A DNA stretch of 63,180 nt, counting the filler. It is 5 parts of 5 records of this genome, joined end to end, with 100 filler letters (N's around TTAATTAATTAA, not from the genome) between each part and the next. Parts side by side here need not be neighbours in the genome. Positions count along the whole stretch, not along the records: positions 1 to 17,606 come from SRR2962707_2579; 4 more parts are not named here. One strand, given 5' to 3'. The translations under genes were made by a program, and so were the position numbers. This document shows positions 1-7,390 of this stretch, piece by piece. The notes beneath the pieces are model-generated. The model saw nothing but the letters and a program-made list of their open reading frames with translations, did not search any database and had not been told where the DNA came from. Each line of letters begins with the position of its first letter. Position 1 is the stretch's first letter.

Positions 1-160
1 ACGGGCTCATGGTGCCCGGATCGACGTTGAGATAAGGATCCAGTTTGCGGAGCCTGACTTTGAACCCGCGCGCTTGAAGAAGCGCACCGAGAGCTGCGGA
101 GGCTAGACCTTTACCGAGAGAGGAGACCACGCCGCCTGTGATAAAAATGAATCGCGTCAT
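1..160 (-). CDS. pyrG: CTP synthase, N-terminal part (truncated by window edge)
   Basis: Manual translation [53 protein letters not shown], the canonical PyrG N-terminus; lies downstream of secG. Confidence 0.97.
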   Translation of the reverse strand, partial: MTRFIFITGGVVSSLGKGLASAALGALLQARGFKVRLRKLDPYLNVDPGTMSP

Positions 161-269
161 GGGCGGACACCATACATCAACAGATCGTTCTGCCAACCGT
201 GCAAATTACGCACACGCGGAGGCACCTCCGGCCAGATCGGGCCGGAGGGTCTGAGGCTTTGATTTTTCA

Positions 270-614
270 TCAGTTTTGCGGTGTCGGGGTGGTCGGCTGC
301 GGCACCGTCGGGGTGCTCGACGGGGCGCTCGGTGTCGATGACGGCGCCGGCGTCTGATCCAAAATCGATCCCGATTCGCGGCCCTGGCTCGCCATGATCG
401 CCAGAACGATGCTGGTAATGATGAAACAGGTCGCGAGGATGGCGGTCGTACGCGTCAAAACATCGGCTGCTGCACGGCCGGACATGAAACCGCCGCCGCC
501 GCCCCCGCCGCTGCCGCCCATGCCGAGTGCACCGCCTTCGGAGCGTTGCATGAGGATCACCGCCACCAGGGCGATGGCGAGAATCAGATGAATGACGAGG
601 ACAACCGTTTCCAT
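270..614 (-). CDS. secG: Preprotein translocase subunit SecG
   Basis: Two TM segments, LMQRSEGGALG motif, LTRTTAILA; tpiA-secG-pyrG synteny. Confidence 0.95.
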   Translation of the reverse strand: METVVLVIHLILAIALVAVILMQRSEGGALGMGGSGGGGGGGFMSGRAAADVLTRTTAILATCFIITSIVLAIMASQGRESGSILDQTPAPSSTPSAPSSTPTVPQPTTPTPQN

Positions 615-812
615 AGTGCGTTCGTCTCCTGGACCTTTGAACGGGGCGTGTTCTAACGGCTTAAGCGGGTTTTGGCCAGCCCGGATTTCATATGGGCCCT
701 TTCCAGCGTGTGCGCAACATTATCGCGGCACGGTCCGGGACGTGCGGAAATGGCTAGTGTGCACGAATTGGTCACCTTGACTCTCGGATAGGTTTAATTT
801 AATAAGATACTT

Positions 813-852
813 AAGTCCCGGGGAGCAGTGCGCCTGCATCCCGGGACTTTTT
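813..852 (+). terminator. GC-rich hairpin followed by a T-run, upstream of the putative toxin gene
   Basis: AAGTCCCGGG (813-822) pairs with CCCGGGACTT (840-849), inner GCAG/CTGC pairing, T-run to 852. Confidence 0.5.
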
Positions 853-879
853 CTTGTCCTGGCCCTCAGCCGGGATACT

Positions 880-905
880 GCCGCCCCTTCCGGGCGGCTT
901 TTTTT
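880..905 (+). terminator. Intrinsic terminator-like hairpin ~30 nt before the putative toxin start
   Basis: GCCGCCC-CTTCC-GGGCGGC-TTTTTTT. Confidence 0.65.
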
Positions 906-937
906 ATTTCAGCAACATGGATCAGAGGAGTTTCCAG

Positions 938-3037
938 ATGGGAACCACCGACAATACCGCTGTGCAGGCAGCGACGCAGAACCTGCAATCGCGTTCAACG
1001 GCTAAATCCGGCACCAAGTCCGCCTCATCCGGTCTCTCCGGTTCTGTCGGCATGGGCGCCGAAAACGCGCCGGAAGACGTCATGAAGGTCTCGGGGGCGC
1101 TCGCCGCCAACGGCCTGATGGACGCACCGCAAAGCCACGCTGACGCCACCCTCTTTAAGGGGATCATCGGCGCGCAGGAACGAATGGACGGCACCCTCAA
1201 GCGCGACGGGCTGGTTAATACCGGCGGACCGACGGAGCAGACGTTCTCGCGTCTTGCCGGTCAGGGTTTCGTGAAGCCCGCACCGGCGCAGCCCGCGACG
1301 CCAGCGCAACCGGCTACCGGAGACGCGGTCCTGAACGCCGAACGCCGTGTCGGCAATAAACAGAATGCCGTCGCCGCCGCCGAGGCCCGCGTGAAAGCAA
1401 ACCTGAGCGACGACAACCGCTCCGACTATCGCAAGGCACAGGACCGCCACCGGCTGGACAAGGCCCGTGACGACGCCGAACGTGCCCAGGGCCGCGCCCG
1501 GCACGAGCAAGCCGAGCAGCGCCGCCGCCTGGAACAGCAAGCCGCGGCCCAGCAAAAAGCCAACGCCGCTGCGCAGCAACAGGCGGTTCAGGCCAGAAAG
1601 GCCGTGAATGCCGGTCTGACGAAACTCGTCGGTCAGGCGGGCAAATCCATCGGCAACGCTCTTAGTGATGCGCAACAAGGCGTTGCGCGTACAAATCCCG
1701 TAACGCTCTCCGACGCGGCCATCGGCGCCAACCGGCGCACGGCGGATGCGCTGAAACGCCGCACCACGGTCGGCGACCTACCCCGCTTCACCGTTGATGC
1801 CATCAATAGCGATGGTGAGAAAGCGGTGCACGAGGTCGCGGACATGATCGAACAGGTGCACGCGAGCGATCCAGCGCAGGCGCAAGAGCTGTTCGCGCGC
1901 ACCGCTCGGGGCATCGGGGCCGCGGACCGCACCCGCCTCGAAGAACTGCTCCGGGGCGGCGGTGTGATCGATGAGCGCCTGCATGGCCGCCTGCCCGGTC
2001 AGCCGATGGACGGGGCCCTCCCCGACCATCGCACGAAAGTGTTGCGGCTTGAAGACCTGGGCAATCCCGACGACGCACGGCGGGACATGCTGCACCGTCC
2101 CGGTCAGGACAAGCCGGAGATGATGCCACTAAAGGCGAAAGCCGAAGCCGCTACCGGTGCACACCCGGCGGAAGCCGATGGCGCAACCAGACCGGCCGAG
2201 GCGAAGACTGGTTCGGATGATCTCAAATCGCCGGATGACCTGATGCTGGAGCCGGGTGCCAAGTACCGCGATCCGGATGAATGGACGGGTAAGCTCGGCG
2301 AGACGGCGGGTGACATCCGCGGCGCCGCTGCCGACGTTGCCAAGTCGGCATGGATCAATCCCACCGGCAGCCCGCAGGAGGTGAAGGACAACCTGTCCGA
2401 CCTCTCGAAGGAATACCGGGCCAAGGGTTACACCAAGTCTGCCGATAACCTGGATCATTTCCTGAACGGCAAAGGAAAGTCTGTAACGGTTTCCCGAGAC
2501 GATGCCCGAAAGGACCCGTTCATCCGGGACGCCGAGATAGAGAACCGGGAACGGTTCGAGAAACGGACATTCGTCGGGGACACTCAGAATAATACGGATG
2601 TCAACGAGGGCCTTCGTAAACTCAAGGACGGAGAGACGGTAAGACTGAAAGACGATTGGTCTGTCGAGCGAAAAGCTGGCGGAGCAATCGACGATCTTGT
2701 TTCCCTCGACCGTGCGAAGCGGGACGATGCGTTGTCGGAGGGCCGCAAGGATTTTGAATCCATTGCCGACTTTTCCGCGACCCGGCGTGGTGACAAGATC
2801 CATATCAAGGGCCGTGTGGATCATGACGGAAGCGAGCGTTACGACTTTGAGGCTGGCGATCTCGGCGATGTCATGGGTGCTAAGGGATTGGCCGATGCCG
2901 GTCTTGCCCATGAATTCGACACAATTCGCAAGTGGGGTCAGTCCTTCGAAGGGACGGTCGACATATCGCCGGGCAAGAACGGCAACGTTCTTTCCAACCC
3001 ACAGTTCAGTTGGTCGGATGAACTGTCAGATAACTGA
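938..3037 (+). CDS. Large modular protein, putative polymorphic toxin (PG-binding-like N-domain, coiled-coil/low-complexity linker, colicin-M-like C-domain)
   Basis: Long ORF; GAGGAG RBS just before ATG 938; N-terminal LSGSVGxGxxNxxEDV...KRDGLVNTGGPT; C-terminal DNLDHFLNGKG...GRVDHDGSERYDF...GLAHEF; paralogous tip fragment downstream. Confidence 0.6.
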   Translation: MGTTDNTAVQAATQNLQSRSTAKSGTKSASSGLSGSVGMGAENAPEDVMKVSGALAANGLMDAPQSHADATLFKGIIGAQERMDGTLKRDGLVNTGGPTEQTFSRLAGQGFVKPAPAQPATPAQPATGDAVLNAERRVGNKQNAVAAAEARVKANLSDDNRSDYRKAQDRHRLDKARDDAERAQGRARHEQAEQRRRLEQQAAAQQKANAAAQQQAVQARKAVNAGLTKLVGQAGKSIGNALSDAQQGVARTNPVTLSDAAIGANRRTADALKRRTTVGDLPRFTVDAINSDGEKAVHEVADMIEQVHASDPAQAQELFARTARGIGAADRTRLEELLRGGGVIDERLHGRLPGQPMDGALPDHRTKVLRLEDLGNPDDARRDMLHRPGQDKPEMMPLKAKAEAATGAHPAEADGATRPAEAKTGSDDLKSPDDLMLEPGAKYRDPDEWTGKLGETAGDIRGAAADVAKSAWINPTGSPQEVKDNLSDLSKEYRAKGYTKSADNLDHFLNGKGKSVTVSRDDARKDPFIRDAEIENRERFEKRTFVGDTQNNTDVNEGLRKLKDGETVRLKDDWSVERKAGGAIDDLVSLDRAKRDDALSEGRKDFESIADFSATRRGDKIHIKGRVDHDGSERYDFEAGDLGDVMGAKGLADAGLAHEFDTIRKWGQSFEGTVDISPGKNGNVLSNPQFSWSDELSDN

Positions 3038-3056
3038 ACGATATTAATGTTGGTAT

Positions 3057-3090
3057 CACTCCGCCGTCTTCGGGCGGCGGAGTGAAAAAA
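3057..3090. terminator. Hairpin between the toxin-like gene and the first immunity-like gene
   Basis: CACTCCGCCGTC-TTCG-GGCGGCGGAGTG followed by A6. Confidence 0.5.
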
Positions 3091-3118
3091 GGATGCCGGT
3101 CCTTGTATAGGATGTTTG

Positions 3119-3721
3119 ATGAGCAGCGAAACAGACAGGACCAATGATATGAAGCAAGACCGAGAACCAGAGCACAATACGCGGGAAGCGGAGCATAATT
3201 CCATGTCTAGGCTCAAGCGCCGCGCTTGGCTTGTTGTGGTCATGGTTTTGGTAGGTACCGCGACATGGATCATGTACTTGCCGGCAAAATTTTATGATCC
3301 CCATTGCCACCCGAAGTACAGACATGTCGTCGGCGAATATTACGGCCCGCATCTTTCGGCACATTATCGCAACGCATTGAAAGATAATTTGTCAGCGAGA
3401 GGTGTCGCTCACATCGAAATCGGCGACCGTGTACTGGTCCCATTTGTCGATCCGGGGTATCTGGACGAGCACAAGATTGGTCTCGAAAGATTGATAGATT
3501 ACTTTCTCGGCTACGGTGAGAAATCTTGGAGATTGACGCACTGGAAAGTGACAAACAGCGCGGTTATTAGATACCGGGCCAAATATCCGGATTCTGAGAT
3601 CGCTCGTTTGTATAATCTCCCCCACGACAAGATGTTTTCTGAGGATGAATTAACGGTGGGCGAAAAGCAGGCAATCTGGTGCGACCTGACCAAACGTATC
3701 GTTGATCCGAATTTAAAATAG
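3119..3721 (+). CDS. Single-TM membrane-anchored protein, putative immunity protein 1
   Basis: Basic stretch RLKRR, then a hydrophobic helix and a soluble domain with PxC...PxLSxxY...DRV...WC; paralogous to 4184-4729. Confidence 0.6.
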   Translation: MSSETDRTNDMKQDREPEHNTREAEHNSMSRLKRRAWLVVVMVLVGTATWIMYLPAKFYDPHCHPKYRHVVGEYYGPHLSAHYRNALKDNLSARGVAHIEIGDRVLVPFVDPGYLDEHKIGLERLIDYFLGYGEKSWRLTHWKVTNSAVIRYRAKYPDSEIARLYNLPHDKMFSEDELTVGEKQAIWCDLTKRIVDPNLK

Positions 3722-3793
3722 CTCTGCGTATCGAAAAGCTCCCCATCAAGGCCGTGGTCGGCCCGAACTTGAAATAGTTCCCGCCACTACGAC

Positions 3794-4049
3794 GACAAAA
3801 ACCCTATCAGAGGAACTGTTTCCCATGATGGCGGAGACACCCACGATTTCAACGACAGTGACGCCTCTCTCGGTGCATACGACCTCTCTCGGTGCATACG
3901 AATTGCAACAGTCAGGGCGCGGGAAACCTTTTAAGGTTGTTCGCAACTGGCAGCAGAATGTCGAGGGAACGGTGGACATTGTCGGCACCGACGACAATGG
4001 ACGGCTGATTCTGGGCAACCCGAAATTCCAGTGGCAAGACCGGAACTAA
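3794..4049 (+). pseudogene. Orphan toxin C-terminal fragment, frameshifted
   Basis: GAYELQQSGRGKPFKVVRNWQQNVEGTVDI...LGNPKFQWQD aligns with GAKGLADAGLAHEFDTIRKWGQSFEGTVDI...LSNPQFSWSD; removing a 19-bp duplication extends homology upstream (DKNPIRGTVSHDGGDTHDF vs DKIHIKGRVDHDGSERYDF). Confidence 0.85.
3864..3901 (+). repeat. Perfect 19-bp tandem duplication
   Basis: CCTCTCTCGGTGCATACGA at 3864-3882 and 3883-3901. Confidence 0.97.
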
Positions 4050-4060
4050 CATTTGAGCAA

Positions 4061-4092
4061 CGCCCAGAAGTTCGTTCAACGGCTTCTGGGCG
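4061..4092. terminator. Hairpin between the orphan tip and the second immunity-like gene
   Basis: CGCCCAGAAG...CTTCTGGGCG inverted repeat. Confidence 0.45.
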
Positions 4093-4183
4093 TCGCTACT
4101 GAAATATAAATGCCCTAATCCGTATATAGAAAAGAAATATACCTAATTTTTGCAAAAGACAGTTACGAGATAGGAATTTGCCA

Positions 4184-4729
4184 ATGAGTTCGAATGCACC
4201 CCTTCGTTCCTGGATCGTTGATCTGATCAGGTGGCTACGCGCCCGCATCTTGCCTGAGACCGTCTTGACCGCGATCTTGGTGTTGGGGGTGGCATATCTT
4301 GGCTTGCGGGTGCTCCTCTATCCTTACCCGGTCCATCTTCACTATCCGTCATGCAACGAGCATCGAGTCACCTTTTCCCCCGATCTGTCGCCACGTTACC
4401 AGGAACAGATAAGAGGACATTTCGCCAACTTCGATGTGCCCTACGCCATCATTGAAGACCGGGTTTATGCGTCAGGTGAAGGCGTTCATTTTGACAACAT
4501 CAACAAGCAAATCTGGCTTTTGGCGAACCCTGATCGTCAAGGACTGAGAACTTTGACCGACCGAGACAATATGACGCACGAATTGTTTCGTCGCTGGGAG
4601 GAGATGGAGAGCGGCCGTGAAAAAAGGCACGCGTGGTGCTTGGTCGTTGAGGCTGTTGTTACACAAACAGGAATCGATGTTGAGACCAGGCGTGAACATC
4701 CGGACATTTGGGTGCCCGACAAATGGTAA
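4184..4729 (+). CDS. Single-TM membrane-anchored protein, putative immunity protein 2
   Basis: TM VLTAILVLGVAYLGLRVLLY, then YPSC...PDLSPRY...EDRVY...AWC; same motif order as 3119-3721. Confidence 0.6.
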   Translation: MSSNAPLRSWIVDLIRWLRARILPETVLTAILVLGVAYLGLRVLLYPYPVHLHYPSCNEHRVTFSPDLSPRYQEQIRGHFANFDVPYAIIEDRVYASGEGVHFDNINKQIWLLANPDRQGLRTLTDRDNMTHELFRRWEEMESGREKRHAWCLVVEAVVTQTGIDVETRREHPDIWVPDKW

Positions 4730-4752
4730 GTGTTCGCTGAGTGATCGGCGAT

Positions 4753-4775
4753 CCTGAATCAAGTTCAGGGCAGGC
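4753..4775. repeat. Short REP-like palindromic insertion
   Basis: CCTGAA-TCAAG-TTCAGG palindrome interrupting a patch homologous to toxin codons GD|LPRFTV. Confidence 0.5.
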
Positions 4776-4882
4776 CTCCCCCGCTTCACCGTGAAGGCAA
4801 ATGGTGAAAACGAACGCTGGGACGCCTTGCGGCCATAGCGGATTTCAGGGTGGTACACGAATAGGTCTAAACGTGTGCCGCC

Positions 4883-5507
4883 CTACTTCCGCAATCTGAA
4901 TGGGACAGGGTCCCGGATGTAGTCCGCCATGTGAAAATCGCCGTATATATACCAACCGTTGGGACCTGAACGTAACAGAAAGCTTTGAAGCGGGCGCACT
5001 GCCGGTCGCAGGTCGCACTCGCCAGCAATAGGTTCACCATCAACAGTCTGCTTCGCGCCCCCCCAACGCACCATGAATGCTACATCGCCCGGTTTTAGAA
5101 ACTTCTTGGTTTCGTAAATGCGGTCTTCTTGCTGGTACACCCAGTAGCCGGTGATTTGGTAACAAGAAAAATAAGGATTATAGGGGGGGCGGCGTGATAA
5201 GTTTTTTTATAAGCGGTCGTTCGCCGTATGCGATTTCGCGAAGTTTATCTTTTTTGTAAAAACTGCCGGCGATATATGTATCGACGGCGCACAGCGGCGT
5301 AATCGGATTGCCGATGCACTTGCTTGTCGTCGCTGCCGGGTCGCCCTCCTTGATGAACCTTGTTTCGAACAGCGGCGGCGGCACATTTTCTGGTCCGCCC
5401 ATGGAAACCTCATCGGCATGCACCGGTGCTGCTGCGCTCATCAGAAGCGCGATGCACAATGCCGTTCGTGTCATCCATCCGGTCATGATTGCCAGTTTAA
5501 CGCGCAT
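4883..5507 (-). pseudogene. Secreted hypothetical protein split by a 1-nt frameshift in a homopolymer
   Basis: ORF 5507-5178 (signal peptide, TSKCIGNPITPLCAVDT) overlaps an open frame 5206-4883; deleting one C of the C7 run (plus-strand G 5183-5189) fuses them: ...ITPPPYNPYFSCYQITGYWVYQQED... Confidence 0.65.
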
Positions 5508-5511
5508 GCCC

Positions 5512-5544
5512 CTGCCCTCCAATCGTTCGTTCATCGAAGGCTAT
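5512..5544 (-). promoter_or_regulatory. 33-nt shared leader with RBS, copy 1
   Basis: 31/33 identical to 6542-6574; contains GGAGG; ends 4 nt before ATG 5507. Confidence 0.75.
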
Positions 5545-5564
5545 TGTGTTGGCGCGATTTTTGG

Positions 5565-5828
5565 CTATTCAGCGTCGTCCCCGAATGAAACGTCGCGCCC
5601 GATATATTTTCGGGCGGCGTCGCGGGCGGACTGTTCGTCGGGAAACGGGCCTTCGGCCCCGCAACACCCAGGGCCGCAAAAGGGCAGCAGATAATAACCC
5701 GTTTCCTTCGGCGGCCCGCCGCGCCACTCACTAGAACCGAATTTCAGCTTCAATGGGTCTTCCCCTGTTTCGCCTTTGCGGCGGAACACGATCTCAGGGT
5801 CCTCATAATATTTATCGCTGTCACTCAT
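5565..5828 (-). CDS. Hypothetical protein, 87 aa, with a CGPGCCG motif
   Basis: ATG start with GAGG upstream; co-oriented with neighbours; no family recognised. Confidence 0.5.
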   Translation of the reverse strand: MSDSDKYYEDPEIVFRRKGETGEDPLKLKFGSSEWRGGPPKETGYYLLPFCGPGCCGAEGPFPDEQSARDAARKYIGRDVSFGDDAE

Positions 5829-6042
5829 TTGGCTGCCTCAGTGGCGTCAGAAACAACAGTCGGGTTGGATGGTGTGAACCGGCGTTATGCCTGCGAACAA
5901 CATACGCACACTGGTATCTCCTCGTTGCTCCAGTGAGGGAGCCGATCCAATCTTATCATACTACTAATGGGCGATTTTTCAACGGACCGGTTCGGGAAGA
6001 AGTCCGGGCCGGTCCGGTTGAATCTAGCGGCGGGCAGAATGT

Positions 6043-6537
6043 CTACCGCTTGTATTCCTTGCGTTGGTCGATGACATTGCGAAGAATATCTTCATACGCA
6101 TGAGCTAGAAAGCCGTTGTGCGCAGGATGAAAGAACGTACCACACGACGGAAAGGGGCAGCCTTTGTGTTCGTTATAAAGGCTCCAATAAAAGCCGCCCA
6201 AGGCAAAACGTATTTCTTTCATTTTCGCCGCGATCTGCTCGCGCGTTAGCGAGTCCGGCTCAATAAAATCTGCCGCATTGTCGATGATCGCCTTTTCCAG
6301 GCAAAGCGCGCTGTCCAAATTACCTGCCCTCATATCTTCTGCATTCTGTGAGGATCGAAGTTCTTCGGATATATCCCACCACCCCTTAATAATCGTGTCT
6401 GCATCTAGGATGACAATCGGTTCGTTGCCACCGGCGTTCGCGTATGCGGGCATAAGCTGAGCAGCGATAACAATCCCGATTGCAACAACCTGCGCATGAA
6501 TATTGATCCGTTTCATGAATTGAATTCTATGCATCAT
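6043..6537 (-). CDS. Secreted hypothetical protein
   Basis: Signal-peptide-like N-terminus ending AYA/ANA; Cys pair in GCPFPSCG; RBS supplied by the shared leader. Confidence 0.65.
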   Translation of the reverse strand: MMHRIQFMKRINIHAQVVAIGIVIAAQLMPAYANAGGNEPIVILDADTIIKGWWDISEELRSSQNAEDMRAGNLDSALCLEKAIIDNAADFIEPDSLTREQIAAKMKEIRFALGGFYWSLYNEHKGCPFPSCGTFFHPAHNGFLAHAYEDILRNVIDQRKEYKR

Positions 6538-6541
6538 CGTA

Positions 6542-6574
6542 CTGCCCTCCAACGGTTCGTTCATCGAAGGCTAT
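6542..6574 (-). promoter_or_regulatory. 33-nt shared leader with RBS, copy 2
   Basis: ATAGCCTTCGATGAACGAACCGTTGGAGGGCAG on the minus strand, ending 4 nt before ATG 6537. Confidence 0.75.
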
Positions 6575-6637
6575 GCAAGGATGGGAGGGATTAATTGCTT
6601 AACCCGGTCTTGCTCGTTGAGAGGGACTGGCGCGGAG

Positions 6638-7390
6638 TCAGGGCGCGGCGTCGGCAATCGCCGTGAAGTCTTCGGCCTTGAGACTGGCGCCACCGATCAG
6701 GCCACCGTCAACATCCGCGAGCGCAAGCAGTTCAGCCGCGTTGGACGGCTTCATGGAGCCGCCATACAGCAAACGTACGCCGTACGCCGTGGCATCGCCG
6801 AAACGTGACGCGAGCGCGGCACGGATGGCAGCGTGCACTTCCTGCACTTCGTCCGAAGTCGGTGTCCTGCCGGTGCCGATCGCCCAGACAGGCTCATACG
6901 CGACAACTAGGTTTTCCGCTGTGCAGCCGTCCGGCAATGAACCGGCCAGTTGCGATCCAACGACGTCCAGGGTTTTGCCGGCATCGCGCTCGGCTTCTGT
7001 TTCGCCGACGCAGACAATGGCCGCGAGACCGGCGCGGTGGGCGGCAACCGCCTGGGCGCAGACAGTGGCGTCGGTTTCACCGTGATCGGCCCGGCGCTCG
7101 GAATGGCCGACAATGACATAGCTGCAGCCGAGATCGGCAAGCATTTCCGCCGCCACATCCCCGGTGTGGGCACCGGAAGCGTTCGGATGGCAAGTCTGCG
7201 CGCCCAGCATGATATCGCTTTCCGAGATCATGGCGCCAACGGGACCCAAGTACGGAAATGGCGGGCAGATCAGCATTTCGACATTACCACCACCCTGCCA
7301 GGCAACCAGACCGTCGGTCAGCGTTTCCGCCATTTCACCGCTGGCGTTCATTTTCCAGTTTCCGGCAATCAATGTGGTGCGAGCAGCCAT
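6638..7390 (-). CDS. tpiA: Triosephosphate isomerase
   Basis: [37 protein letters not shown]. Confidence 0.98.
   Translation of the reverse strand: MAARTTLIAGNWKMNASGEMAETLTDGLVAWQGGGNVEMLICPPFPYLGPVGAMISESDIMLGAQTCHPNASGAHTGDVAAEMLADLGCSYVIVGHSERRADHGETDATVCAQAVAAHRAGLAAIVCVGETEAERDAGKTLDVVGSQLAGSLPDGCTAENLVVAYEPVWAIGTGRTPTSDEVQEVHAAIRAALASRFGDATAYGVRLLYGGSMKPSNAAELLALADVDGGLIGGASLKAEDFTAIADAAP

Noticed and set aside
794-814. CtrA box upstream of the toxin-like gene
   Set aside because: The TTAA half-sites are spaced by 8 nt rather than the canonical 7.
854-937. TTG start at 854 for the large ORF
   Set aside because: It would translate through a terminator-like hairpin; ATG 938 has a good GAGGAG RBS.
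3864-3901. 19-bp repeat as a mini-CRISPR or target-site duplication
   Set aside because: Two directly adjacent copies, no spacer, no cas genes and no inserted element. No CRISPR array was seen anywhere in the window.
5508-5534. Shared N-terminal peptides MNERLEG / MNEPLEG as a protein motif
   Set aside because: Better explained as translation of the shared 33-nt leader, whose GGAGG positions the real starts at 5507 and 6537.
659-6608. GCTTAA-containing similarity at 659-670 and 6597-6608 as att sites of the insert
   Set aside because: Too short and mismatched to distinguish from chance, and no integrase is present.
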